Program-made: the position numbers and the translations under genes
NCBI GenBank assembly: GCA_964016885.1
Contig: OZ024742.1
Span: 336,412,001-336,476,000, forward strand
DNA length: 64,000 bases
Direction of reading: 5' to 3'
From: Eledone cirrhosa
Taxonomy: Eukaryota
The notes under the pieces: generated by a model
Database searches by the model: none
What the model saw: the letters and a program-made list of their open reading frames with translations, nothing else
Told to the model about the DNA's origin: nothing
In this document: positions 1 through 11,644 of the stretch, piece after piece
Layout of the letters: every line of letters starts with the position of its first letter
Position numbering within the stretch: position 1 is the first letter of the stretch

Positions 1-1405
1 TCATTATCAGAACTGTGGTACCTTTTGTCAACCACTCTGGCACCTCACCCGACACCAAGCAGTCATTGAACATGGCCGTCAGCTTCGGGTGGAGGGATGT
101 TAAATGTTTAATCCAATACCCCTGCACACCATCTGGGCCTGGTGATTTCCAGTTGGTTAGTTTTTTGGCTTGCCCCTTAAGAGTTTCAACTGTGATACTC
201 AAATCAGTCTGTTGTTGTGCCTGCTCACCGATCTCCCTCTGTACTGTCTCAATCCACCCTGCCTGGGCATTGTGTCTAACATCCTGCTCCCATATTCCTC
301 TCCAGAATGTTTTAGCTTGTTCCGCCCCAGGGATCAAGTCGTTGCCTCTTTCTTTCCCCTCAAGCTGTCCAAACAGCATCTTCTGGTTGTTGTCGAACAT
401 GCGGTTCTGTTTATACTGACTGACTCTGTTCTCGTATCGCCTGATTTTGGCACTCTTTGCTACAATGCGTTGCTTCAATTCCTCTATGATAATATTTAGC
501 TTTTTACTCCTAGTTTTGTATTTTATTTCCAGTCTATTTTTAGTGCCTATGTTTTTTAGTGTCCCATTCAGTAGTGACTCAAGCTTTCCTATGTCATTTC
601 TCATTTCCCCGATTTGCCCACTCAGTCGCTTCTTCCACCACGGCTCTGCTCTTTCTTGTCTGTTGTTTCCTCTCGCTTTTATACCAAGTAGTTTCCTCAC
701 CGTATTTGCTGTTGCTTTGAGGATATTGTTGCACTGGTGAAGACTCCTCGCCTCAAGGTATGGGATGACTTTGTTTACCTTAGCTGTTGTTTCTTTTAAC
801 TTTTTCCTGTCTACAAATCTTAGGTTCATAGGTCTCCCACTATCATTGTTCAACTCATCTACCACTAAATTTAGGATGTCAACCGAATCTTGTCCTAGCC
901 CGTCAGCATTCATCTCCTCAGTGGCCGTATCTCTGTTCCAGGTATTATTTATCTCAGTATTCAGATCATTGTCTGCTTCGGGTGGTTCCTCCGTTCTCAG
1001 GACCTCCTCACCTTCATTTCCCGCCGGCTCGCTTGTCTGGCATACTACACCCGCCATCTCCAAGCCATTCTCTCTGCTCAGTTCCTCCAGTTCCAGCTCG
1101 CTTATCCACCCATTAGTTCTTATTACCCGAGCCTGCCCGGCCAATTTTTGTTCATCTAATTTAAATAAACCAATCTCGTTCCAGATGTTATGCATCCGTC
1201 TCCTGTAGCCCCTCTCCTTGTTGTTACTTTTCAGGTAGCATTGCATAACAGTTCTATTCAATTCTTTCGTCCAGTTGGTTCTGGCCCCTTTCCTTCTTCT
1301 TCTTCCTCCAACATCAGCAGTATTTGGTTGACAGTCAGGTTCCTGCTGCTGAGCCAGGGGGCACCTGTTGGGTGAGAGTCTGTCACATGACGTTCTAGTC
1401 TCCAT
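1..1405 (-). CDS. N-terminal part of the family A RT-RLE ORF (partial, continues beyond the window)
   Basis: The ATG at 1405 corresponds to the ATG at 10645, and the sequence is colinear with the intact ORF 7253-10645. Confidence 0.85.
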   Translation of the reverse strand, partial: METRTSCDRLSPNRCPLAQQQEPDCQPNTADVGGRRRRKGARTNWTKELNRTVMQCYLKSNNKERGYRRRMHNIWNEIGLFKLDEQKLAGQARVIRTNGWISELELEELSRENGLEMAGVVCQTSEPAGNEGEEVLRTEEPPEADNDLNTEINNTWNRDTATEEMNADGLGQDSVDILNLVVDELNNDSGRPMNLRFVDRKKLKETTAKVNKVIPYLEARSLHQCNNILKATANTVRKLLGIKARGNNRQERAEPWWKKRLSGQIGEMRNDIGKLESLLNGTLKNIGTKNRLEIKYKTRSKKLNIIIEELKQRIVAKSAKIRRYENRVSQYKQNRMFDNNQKMLFGQLEGKERGNDLIPGAEQAKTFWRGIWEQDVRHNAQAGWIETVQREIGEQAQQQTDLSITVETLKGQAKKLTNWKSPGPDGVQGYWIKHLTSLHPKLTAMFNDCLVSGEVPEWLTKGTTVLIM

Positions 1406-1688
1406 TTCACCGTTATTCGAACTGTTTATGTTCGATATTTAAACACTCTTATCGAGGATTGGCGAATGTATGTTTACATAGCCATCTGTGGATCCGCCAT
1501 CCCACTTGGCCCTTGTGTGGCATTATCACCACGCTGTATACGAACACACATAAACAAACAAACACACGGGCAGAAAGGGCCCCAAAAATGAATAAGCATA
1601 AGTTTCATTGTAATGTAGTATTCGAATGTCTGACTTAGTTTTTGTTTTTTAAGTTTTACTTTTTCCCCCCTCTTCTCTGTCCGTCCGC
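1..1688 (-). mobile_element. R4/Dong-like RLE retrotransposon, family A, copy A1. It runs off the left edge and is 5'-truncated within the leader.
   Basis: Almost identical to 9241-10928 (offset 9240, only a few substitutions). Ends abruptly in a (TTA)n tract at 1689. Confidence 0.93.
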
Positions 1689-1751
1689 TTGTTATTATTA
1701 TTATTATCATTATTATTGTTATTATTATTATTATTATTATTGTTGTTATTA
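1689..1751. repeat. Interrupted (TTA)n microsatellite between elements
   Basis: Read directly from the sequence. Confidence 0.95.
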
Positions 1752-2887
1752 CTCTTTGAGTCTCAGTCATTGATGTTAGTTAACTGGAAAGTTTGTTGGA
1801 ATGAATATCAAGCCATTACCTGCAGCCTCAGATATTCAGGACGTATCGGAGGGTTCTTGCTGTTCCCAGCAAGCATGCCTTTTGAAGCGTTCCAAAAAGC
1901 GTGGCGGGGCCAATTTTCTTTAACCATCCCTGGAAACTTTTTGAGATAGTCCCTAGTGCGCCTATGACAATCGGGATCACTTTGACTTCATGGCAGTTCC
2001 AAATCCTTTTTACCTCCAACTTTAAGTCCTGGTATAGGTTAATTTTCTCCCTCTCCTTCTCTTGCACTCTCGTGTCGAACGGGCAGGCCACATCCACAAT
2101 CAGGCACGATCTTTTTTCTTTGTCCACAACCACCAGGTCAGGTCTATTTTGTTCCAGTTTCTTGTCCATCTGTATCCTAAAATCCCACAGCACCTTCACC
2201 TGATCGTTTTCTATCACCGCCTCTGGCTTATGCTCATACCACTTCTCAGAATGTGGTAAATTGTTTACTTTGCATAAGTGCCAGTGGATCACCCTGCCCA
2301 TCACATCATGTCTCCAGCCCTTATAGTGAGTCTGGGCTAGGTGTTTACACTCGGATACAATGTGAGCCACAGTCTCCTCTCTCTCTCCACAGATCCTGCA
2401 CAGTGGGCTAGCCTCCTCCTTGTAAATATGGTGTTTCAACCACTTCGTTTTGAGGGCCTGCTCCTGCGCAGCCATTAACATTCCTTCTGTAGCCTTTTTA
2501 AGGTCTCCTCTTTTCAACCAGTTCCATGTCTGTGGATCTCTAAATTCAGTTTTCTCAAAGAAGGTACTATGAAGGGATTTTTCCTGAAGGCTGCTCTTTC
2601 TCCTTGATGCTATTTCCTCCTTGGACATCCCCTGGCCTATTGTCCCCTCCTTCAGTACAGTTCTGAGCATTGGCTCCTTACTATCAGTCACGTATTTGTG
2701 TAGGTTGTTTTTCTCCATCTGAACACAGTCCTCTATGCTGATAAGACCTCTTCCACCTTCAGATCTCCTTAAGTAGAGTCAGTCTATCGACATCACTCCT
2801 CTTGTGGAACATGTTGTAGATAGTCAATAGCTTCCTAGTCTTCCTATCAATTTCTTTTTGTTCAGCAACATTCCATCTCAGAATTCC
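1752..2887 (-). mobile_element. 5'-truncated diverged family A copy (A'), containing the CCHC zinc knuckle, RLE domain and 3' UTR
   Basis: ORF 1828-2718 has CRICGEREETVAHIVSEC, RHD and RPDLVVVD. A 4-bp AGTC duplication near 2777-2784 shifts the frame relative to A2. Flanked by (TTA)n on both sides. Confidence 0.92.
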
Positions 2888-2910
2888 ATTATTATTATTA
2901 TTATTATTAT

Positions 2911-5900
2911 TTGCATTTATCTTGCTTTATGTTTATACGAGTTATCACCAAGTCACAACCAGTGACCTCAAGAGACAACAAGGTCCGCCATGTTCAAGAA
3001 AGAACACACATATTCACACATGCATCCTTAGTGTTTAGACTTGTGATGTACTTATATTGACAGGATCTTCCTTAGTATATGAGCAGTTCCCATTAGTACT
3101 ATCTTTTGTATTTCTCCTATACGCGGGTTTCCTGGGATTTGCGATAAGTAGTCGTTAGACCCCTTAGGTATCATTCCCAGAGCGCCTACAACCACTGGTA
3201 TTGTTTTAGTTCTCAATTTCCACATTTTTCCAATTTCTATCTCCAGGTCCTTATACTTGCTCAATTTTTCAAATGTTTTTATAGATACATTCTTGTCTAT
3301 TGGAACAGACATATCAATTAGCAGGCATACCCTCCTTTGAAAGTCCTTCAATATTATATCAGGTCTATTTGCATCTATTTTTCGGTCTGTTTGGATGCTA
3401 AAGTTCCACAAGATTGAGATGTGATCTTTTTCAAGTATGGGAGGTGGTTGATGCTCCCACCAATTCTTTTGATGGGGCAGGTCAAAATGCTTGCACATTA
3501 TCCAATGTATGTATTGTGCAGCTCTGTCATGCCTGTTTAGGTATTCGGTTGGAGCTATAGGACTGCACATTGAAATTATATGGTCAATGGTCTCTGGTTG
3601 TTTTTTGCATACACGGCATAATGGGCTGCACCCATTTTTTATTATGTTGGCTTGGTAATTTTTTGTTGGCAGACACTGATCTTGTGCGGATATAATCAGT
3701 CCTTCAGTCTCCGATTTCAGTCCAGAGGATGCCAACCACTGATGGGTTAAAGTTTTGTCAACATCAGGATTGTTAGCTCGCTCTGGGTATTTTCCATACA
3801 GAGGCTTTTCTTGCCATTTCTTAGCCAGTTTCTGTAGCAGTTCTTTCTTTGCAGTTACTTTTACCTGCTTTGCTTTTTCTGTGTTTTCCATTTCAGCAGT
3901 AAATGGGACTTCTGAAATTTGTAGTCCATTACTGTATCTTTGTGCATCTTTTGTAATGGAATATGATCTTTTGGTGCTTTCGTGTTTCAAAACGAGTTTG
4001 ATCATCCAATCATGTGATTCCCTTAGATATGTGGATAATCCAATTGTTGCAGTTTTCAACGCAATGTCTAACTGGATTAACCCACGTCCTCCTTCTTTCC
4101 TAGGGAGATATATTCTATCTATGTCTGCCTTAGGGTGATGCATTCTGTGCATGGTTAAGAATTTTCGGATTTTTGTATCGAGCCTACGGATCTCTGTGCT
4201 TGACCAGTTGATGACATTGTAACTGTAGGTTACTACTGGTATGGCAAGCGTGTTTATGGCATCGATCCTATTCCTTGCATTCAATTCCGTTCTTAAGATT
4301 GCTCTGACTCTGCGGTAACATTCCTTCCTTATCCTTTCCCTCATTGTCGAGTGCTTGATTCCGTCTCCTTCACAAACACCTAGATATTTGTAAGTTTGTT
4401 CTTGATCAAGCTCTCTTATCACGTTCCCCCGATCAAGATTAATGTCTGAACTCTTCAGCAGCTTTCCTCTGGTGAACGTTGCTTTGGCGCATTTATCCAG
4501 TCCAAACTCCATTTTAATGTCATCACTGAACTGCTTCACAGTGGATAATAGCCCTTGCAATTGTTCATCATTTTTTGCAAATAGTTTCAGGTCATCCATG
4601 TAGAACAGGTGATTAATGGTTTTGTCATAGACTCTATATCCATGTTTTGTTTCATTGAGCATTTTACTTAATGGTATAAGTGCGATGCAGAATAAAAGCG
4701 GTGATAAAGAGTCACCCTGAAAAATTCCACAATTAATGTTAACTTCTCCAGCTTCCAGTGATTTTGTTTCACTATTCAAAAGGAGTGTCGTTCTCCATGT
4801 CCTCATACTGAATGACAAAAACCTCCTGATAACGGGGGATATTTTGAAAATCTCTAAACATTTTTCAATCCAACTGTGTGGCAAACTATCAAATGCTTTT
4901 TTATAATCTATCCAAGCAATCGATAGATTTTTGTGTCTATTATGACAATCTTCCAGTATCATTTTGTTAACCAGAAGCTGATCCTTACAGCCATATGAGC
5001 CTCGTTTACACCCTTTCTGCTCAATGGGAAATAGGTCATTTGTTATCAGGTGGTCATATGTGTATTCAGTTAGGACTGATGTTAACATTTTATACATTGT
5101 GGTCAAGCAGGTTATCGGTCTGTAATTTTTGGGATTGTTTGTCTCATCATTCTTCGGTAGCAGGAATGTAATGCCGTTAACTAGCCATGATGGTATCTTT
5201 TCTGGCTCCTTAACTATTTCATTGTAAAGTTGGGCTAACAGCTCATGAGACTCTGTGAAGGCATTTATCCAAAAGTTTTGTATTTTGTCTTTTCCTGGGG
5301 ATTTCCATTTGCTGGTTTTTCTTAGAGCCAAGCGCAGCTGTTCAACTGTTATATTTTCCCATGTTTGTTCTTCAAGGTGAGCTGTTTCTTTCATTTGTCT
5401 GTCTATCCATGGGGCATGTATGTTATGAACTTTTTCTTCGGCCCAGATCTTTTCCCAGAATTCTTGCACTTCCTCCTTGGGTGGTATTGATTTAGCAGTT
5501 ATTGTTGACTTACCAATTTTTCTGTAGAAGTTTCTTTGGTTGTTTTTGAACATATTATTGTCCTTATAGAATCTAGATCGTTTTTCAAAGCGCCTTATAC
5601 GAGCAGCTTTGGCCGACACTTTTTGCTTGATTGTTTCTATCAGCATGTCTATGTCACATGTTGATCTTATACTGTACTTTTTTTTCAATTTTCTAAGTTT
5701 AGTTTGTTTAACATGTTCACCTACTTTATAGTTTGTTAAAATTTCTATGTCAGATCGGAGAAGGTTTATTTGGCGATTGATGTTATCTTGCCAAGTAGAT
5801 TTCTTGTGGGAATTCCTTTGTTTTTTCATCTTCACTCCACATAAGTGAGTGGTGACTTTAGCCGATGCATAATAGAGATGATTTAAGTCAGTAATGCTTA

Positions 5901-6885
5901 GTTTGTTTGTGATGATAATGTTTTTGAGAATTATGTTAGTCTTGTGTATTATCTTTTGGTTCTGTTTGGAGTTCTGGATCTTAGGGAGGGTGTCTCGTTC
6001 CCCCATGTCAGATTCTTTCATTTTCATCCATTCGATCATAATTTCATCCTTCAAGTTGGCAAGTTCATTCTCATTCATTTCTTTATCATTTACGATCTCA
6101 TTATTTTCATTTGGAGTTTCATCCTGAGCATGCACTCCCTCCACTTTTTCGCTCCTTTCTTTAATTTGTTCTGTTGCCAGTGATTCCGCCCCAACTCTGG
6201 GATTCGAAGTGTTACAGTTTACCTCGTTTTCACTGACACATGCTTCATTTTCCCTTCGCTGACTTTGTGCTACTAGCTTGATCTGATCAATTTCTATATC
6301 AGTTAGTAACTTTTTTCTTACAATATTTCTTCGTATATTGGCTAGTTTGTTACTGTCAATATAGCCTCTGTTTTCGGAATGTTTCTTTTTCCAGTTGATA
6401 TATGTTTGCTCTGTATTCGATGTATTTGATGGGTAGTACATGGCAGTGTAGAAAGCCTCAAGGACTTCTTTATTATCTTCCCTTGACCATTTTTCTCTCT
6501 TTTTCTTTGGATTTCTTGGTGGTGAGCATGGAGGGCCAACAGTAGGAGTATTCCGGTTATGGGAGGTCTCCAGCTCCGAAGTGATGGGAAGGTTTGAACC
6601 ATTAGCTGATTTTTCGACCCCAGTCTGGTTCCTCTCTGAGGGACGCGGCCCTTTTTTACCCGGGTGACGGCCGATCCGGTATGAGATTTCATCATTAGAC
6701 ATCTACTTTATTTTGTCGCGTTTTATCCTTATCCGCCAAGGGGTAATCTTTTCGTGTTACCACTTCTAGAACGAGTGTCAACCAAGACTAGAGGGGTCGT
6801 TCTCCCCTAGAGACATGGCTATTCTCCGCCGGCCGCCATCCCGGTATTTCTTGGTCACGGGGTTTTCTTTTTGTTGTTTTTTTTT
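2911..6885 (-). mobile_element. R4/Dong-like retrotransposon, family B, copy B1 (apparently full length; 5' boundary approximate)
   Basis: Single intact ORF with a short 3' UTR abutting (TTA)n at 2888-2910 and a structured 5' UTR. Confidence 0.9.
3052..6702 (-). CDS. Family B polyprotein (1216 aa): N-terminal W-motif region, reverse transcriptase, CCHC knuckle and restriction-like endonuclease
   Basis: Motifs KWSREDN, KSPGKD, YRPITCL, WIDYKKAFDS, GIFQGDSLSP, YMDDLK, CRVCKKQPETIDHIISMC, RHD, RPDIIL and KYKDL. Confidence 0.95.
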   Translation of the reverse strand: MSNDEISYRIGRHPGKKGPRPSERNQTGVEKSANGSNLPITSELETSHNRNTPTVGPPCSPPRNPKKKREKWSREDNKEVLEAFYTAMYYPSNTSNTEQTYINWKKKHSENRGYIDSNKLANIRRNIVRKKLLTDIEIDQIKLVAQSQRRENEACVSENEVNCNTSNPRVGAESLATEQIKERSEKVEGVHAQDETPNENNEIVNDKEMNENELANLKDEIMIEWMKMKESDMGERDTLPKIQNSKQNQKIIHKTNIILKNIIITNKLSITDLNHLYYASAKVTTHLCGVKMKKQRNSHKKSTWQDNINRQINLLRSDIEILTNYKVGEHVKQTKLRKLKKKYSIRSTCDIDMLIETIKQKVSAKAARIRRFEKRSRFYKDNNMFKNNQRNFYRKIGKSTITAKSIPPKEEVQEFWEKIWAEEKVHNIHAPWIDRQMKETAHLEEQTWENITVEQLRLALRKTSKWKSPGKDKIQNFWINAFTESHELLAQLYNEIVKEPEKIPSWLVNGITFLLPKNDETNNPKNYRPITCLTTMYKMLTSVLTEYTYDHLITNDLFPIEQKGCKRGSYGCKDQLLVNKMILEDCHNRHKNLSIAWIDYKKAFDSLPHSWIEKCLEIFKISPVIRRFLSFSMRTWRTTLLLNSETKSLEAGEVNINCGIFQGDSLSPLLFCIALIPLSKMLNETKHGYRVYDKTINHLFYMDDLKLFAKNDEQLQGLLSTVKQFSDDIKMEFGLDKCAKATFTRGKLLKSSDINLDRGNVIRELDQEQTYKYLGVCEGDGIKHSTMRERIRKECYRRVRAILRTELNARNRIDAINTLAIPVVTYSYNVINWSSTEIRRLDTKIRKFLTMHRMHHPKADIDRIYLPRKEGGRGLIQLDIALKTATIGLSTYLRESHDWMIKLVLKHESTKRSYSITKDAQRYSNGLQISEVPFTAEMENTEKAKQVKVTAKKELLQKLAKKWQEKPLYGKYPERANNPDVDKTLTHQWLASSGLKSETEGLIISAQDQCLPTKNYQANIIKNGCSPLCRVCKKQPETIDHIISMCSPIAPTEYLNRHDRAAQYIHWIMCKHFDLPHQKNWWEHQPPPILEKDHISILWNFSIQTDRKIDANRPDIILKDFQRRVCLLIDMSVPIDKNVSIKTFEKLSKYKDLEIEIGKMWKLRTKTIPVVVGALGMIPKGSNDYLSQIPGNPRIGEIQKIVLMGTAHILRKILSI

Positions 6886-7177
6886 AAATTGTTATTATCA
6901 TGAGTGGTTCCTTAATGTGAGCATTGCGTGGCTTAAGAATGAAATAATTGTCTCCACTCCAGGCCAGCAATCACCCAGTGCATTACAATAATATAATATA
7001 CTTTTTGTTGTAGTTGGCTGTTATTGCTGCTGGCTATGTCGGTGGTGGTGCCGGGGCTTTTTATATTGTTGGTGAGGAAGGGGTGAGCCAGCAGTCCCAT
7101 AATTGTTGATGTAGACGTTTGTCCGTGGCAAGGTCACCAAGTCAATCTATTATTATTATTATTATTGTCATTGTTAT

Positions 7178-10100
7178 TCCTTGAATCTCAGTCATTGATG
7201 TTGGTTAACTGGAAAGTCCGTTGGATTGAATATCAAGCCACTACCTGCAGCCTCAGATATTCAGGACGTATCGGAGGGTTCTTGCTGTTCCAAGCAAGCA
7301 TGCCTTTTGAAGCGTTCCAAAAAGCGTGAAGGGGCCGATTTTCTTTAACCATCCCTGGAAACCTTTGGAGATAGTCCCCAGTGCGCCTATGACAATCGGG
7401 ATCACTTTGACTTCATGGCAGTTCCAAATCCTTTTCACCTCCCACTTTAGGTCCTGGTATCGGTTAATTTTCTCCCTCTCCTTCTCTTGCACTCTCGTGT
7501 CGAACGGGCAGGCCACATCCACAATCAGGCACGATCTTTTTTCTTTGTCCACAACCACCAGGTCAGGTCTATTGTGTTCCAGTTTTTTGTCCGTCTGTAT
7601 CCTAAAATCCCACAGCACCTTCACCTGACTGTTCTCCATCACCGCCTCTGGCCTATGCTCATACCATTTCTCAGAATGTGGTAGATTGTTTACTTTGCAC
7701 AGGTGCCAGTGGATCACCCTGCCCATCACATCGTGTCTCCAGCCCTTATAGTGGGTCTGGGCTAGGTGTTTACACTCGGACACAATGTGAGCCACAGTCT
7801 CCTCTCTCTCTCCACAGATCCTGCACAGTGGGCTAGCCTCCTCCTTGTAGATATGGTGCTTCAACCACTTCGTTTTGAGGGCCTGCTCCTGCGCAGCCAT
7901 TAGCATTCCTTCTGTAGCCTTTTTGAGGTCTCCTCTTCTCAACCAGTTCCATGTCTGTGGATCTCTAAATTCAGTTTTCTCAAAGAAGGTACTATGAAGG
8001 GATTTTCCCTTAAGGCTGCTCTTCCTCCTTGATGTTATTTCCTCCTTGGATATCCCCTGGCCTACTGTCCCCTCCTTCAGTACAGCTCTGAGCATTGGCT
8101 CCTTACTATAGGTCACGTATTTGTATAGGTTGTTTTTCTCCATCTGAACACAGTCCTCTATGCTGATAAGACCTCTTCCACCCTCAGATCTCCTTAGGTA
8201 GAGTCTATCGACATCACTCCTCTTGTGGAACATGTTGTAGATAGTCAATAGCTTCCTAGTCTTCCTATCCATTTCTTTTTGTTCAGCAACATTCCATCTC
8301 AGAATTCCCGCACTGTACCTAATAATAGACACAGCTCGGGAATTTACTGCGCTTATGGCATTTCTGCTGTTCAGATGTGACTTCAATACGCTCCTTACTC
8401 TCCGAATGTATTCAGTTCTTAACAATTCCTTCATTTTTTTGTTCTTTATGCCATCAGCCTCCAGAACGCCCAAATACTTGTATCCTTCATCAGAGTCAAT
8501 TTCCTTTATCATCTCACCTGTTGGTATCTGGATCCCGTTACTTCTGCTCAACCTACCCCTCTTCATCACAATGACTCCACATTTACCAATACCAAACTGC
8601 ATACATATATCACTGCTGAAAATACGGACAGTGTCAACAAGCACATCCAACTCCTTCTCACTTTTCCCGAAGAGCTTAAGATCGTCCATGAAGAGGAGGT
8701 GATTGATGGTAAACTCTCCCCTTCCCAACTTGTATCCTGCTCTCACTTTTCGCAGCATAATGGTCAAGGGCATCAGGGCAAGGACAAACAACAGAGGGGA
8801 CAGGCTATCTCCCTGGAAGATACCTCTCTTGATCTTCACGCTTCCCAAGGATACTCCAGTTGATGTCAACTCTGTCTCCCAGGACCCCATACTCCTGCCC
8901 AGCCACTGTCTCATGTTATCTGCCACCCTGAAAATCTCCAGGCTTTTGGTGATCCAGGAATGAGGCACCATGTCAAATGCCTTTCTGTAGTCTATCCATC
9001 CCATGGCAAGATCAGTGTGTCTCCTCCTGCAATTCCCCATTACCATCTTATCAATAAGCAACTGGTCCTTTGTACCACGTGACTTCTTTCGGCATCCTTT
9101 CTGTTCGTCCGGTAACAAGTTGTTTGTGTGGAGGTGATGGTAGATTTCCTCAGACACAATGCTCGTCAACAGTATCCACATTACGGGCAGACATGTGATA
9201 GGTCTATAGTTGGTAACATCATTACCCTTGATTCGGTCTTTCATTATCAGAACTGTGGTACCTTTTGTCAACCACTCTGGCACCTCACCTGACACCAAGC
9301 AGTCATTGAACATGGCCGTCAGCTTCGGGTGGAGGGATGTTAAATGTTTAATCCAATACCCCTGCACACCATCTGGGCCTGGTGATTTCCAGTTGGTTAG
9401 TTTTTTGGCTTGCCCCTTAAGAGTTTCAACTGTGATACTCAAATCAGTCTGTTGTTGTGCCTGCTCACCGATCTCCCTCTGTACTGTCTCAATCCACCCT
9501 GCCTGGGCATTGTGTCTAACATCCTGCTCCCATATTCCTCTCCAGAATGTTTTAGCTTGTTCCGCCCCAGGGATCAAGTCGTTGCCTCTTTCTTTCCCCT
9601 CAAGCTGTCCAAACAGCATCTTCTGGTTGTTGTCGAACATGCGGTTCTGTTTATACTGACTAACTCTGTTCTCGTATCGCCTGATTTTGGCACTCTTTGC
9701 TACAATGCGTTGCTTCAATTCCTCTATGATAATATTTAGCTTTTTACTCCTAGTTTTGTATTTTATTTCCAGTCTATTTTTAGTGCCTATGTTTTTTAGT
9801 GTCCCATTCAGTAGTGACTCAAGCTTTCCTATGTCATTTCTCATTTCCCCGATTTGCCCACTCAGTCGCTTCTTCCACCACGGCTCTGCTCTTTCTTGTC
9901 TGTTGTTTCCTCTCGCTTTTATACCAAGTAGTTTCCTCACCGTATTTGCTGTTGCTTTGAGGATATTGTTGCACTGGTGAAGACTCCTCGCCTCAAGGTA
10001 TGGGATGACTTTGTTTACCTTAGCTGTTGTTTCTTTTAACTTTTTCCTGTCTACAAATCTTAGGTTCATAGGTCTCCCACTATCATTGTTCAACTCATCT

Positions 10101-11644
10101 ACCACTAAATTTAGGATGTCAACCGAATCTTGTCCTAGCCCGTCAGCATTCATCTCCTCAGTGGCCGTATCTCTGTTCCAGGTATTATTTATCTCAGTAT
10201 TCAGATCATTGTCTGCTTCGGGTGGTTCCTCCGTTCTCAGGACCTCCTCACCTTCATTTCCCGCCGGCTCGCTTGTCTGGCATACTACACCCGCCATCTC
10301 CAAGCCATTCTCTCTGCTCAGTTCCTCCAGTTCCAGCTCGCTTATCCACCCATTAGTTCTTATTACCCGAGCCTGCCCGGCCAATTTTTGTTCATCTAAT
10401 TTAAATAAACCAATCTCGTTCCAGATGTTATGCATCTGTCTCCTGTAGCCCCTCTCCTTGGGGTTACTTTTCAGGTAGCATTGCATAACAGTTCTATTCA
10501 ATTCTTTCGTCCAGTTGGTTCTGGCCCCTTTCCTTCTTCTTCTTCCTCCAACATCAGCAGTATTTGGTTGACAGTCAGGTTCCTGCTGCTGAGCCAGGGG
10601 GCACCTGTTGGGTGAGAGTCTGTCACATGACGTTCTAGTCTCCATTTCACCGTTATTCGAACTGTTTATGTTCGATATTTAAACACTCTTATCGAGGATT
10701 GGCGAATGTATGTTTACATAGCCATCTGTGGATCCGCCATCCCACTTGGCCCTTGTGTGGCATTATCACCACGCTGTATACGAACACACATAAACAAACA
10801 AACACACGGGCAGAAAGGGCCCCAAAAATGAATAAGCATAAGTTTCATTGTAATGTAGTATTCGAATGTCTGACTTAGTTTTTGTTTTTTAAGTTTTACT
10901 TTTTCCCCCCTCTTCTCTGTCCGTCCGCCTGCTTCTCTCTTCATTCTTATTTTCTTTACGTTTTTGGGGTTTCTTTTTTTGTTTTTGTTTTTCTCTGTTT
11001 GTTTTTCTCGTTTTTTGCTGTTGTTGCTGTGCTGCTTTGGTTTTGTTGTTTGTTTTTCCTTTTTTTCTTTTGAGTCTATCTATATATTTTGATGCCTTCC
11101 TCTTTGTTAGTAGTAGGAATTCTATAATGTGGAAGTGGCAGCCAGCAGAGACTGGCGGCGTTGGCGATACTGAGACAGTGGTGGTGGTGATGTCGATACC
11201 GAGGCAGTGGTGGCGGTGATGCGACCGTATTACTGTAGTGATGGTGCTGTAGCGGTGGCAGCAACAGTGAAGGAGTCAAGGGGTGGTGGCGGCGGTGATG
11301 GGATAGTGGTGGTAATGATGGCCGTAGTGAGCGGTGGCGGTGAAGGTGAAAATGCTGTTGTGTTTAGTGTACACAGATGATGGGGTGGGTGGTGTATCTA
11401 GTTTCTGGTGTTGGTGAGTTTAGCTGTCCTATATAGTGTAGCCAGAGGAGAGGAGGGGGGGGGTTCTTCTTCTTCCATTTATAGCCATTTTTTTTTTGGA
11501 TATACAGTGTACAATACAAAGTTGAATATTTGAATATTTGAGCCTTATAACAATATATTTTGGGTCCGAATTTTTTGGGGCTCAAGCCGGGTGCTTTACG
11601 TAGCATTTGTACTAAGAGTTGTTATTTCACAAATGATTTAAATA

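Noticed and set aside
1-10928. 9240-bp periodicity between A1 and A2 as a tandem segmental duplication
   Set aside because: The neighbours and 5' truncation points differ (A1 is followed by A' and B1, A2 by B2 and A3), which fits independent insertions.
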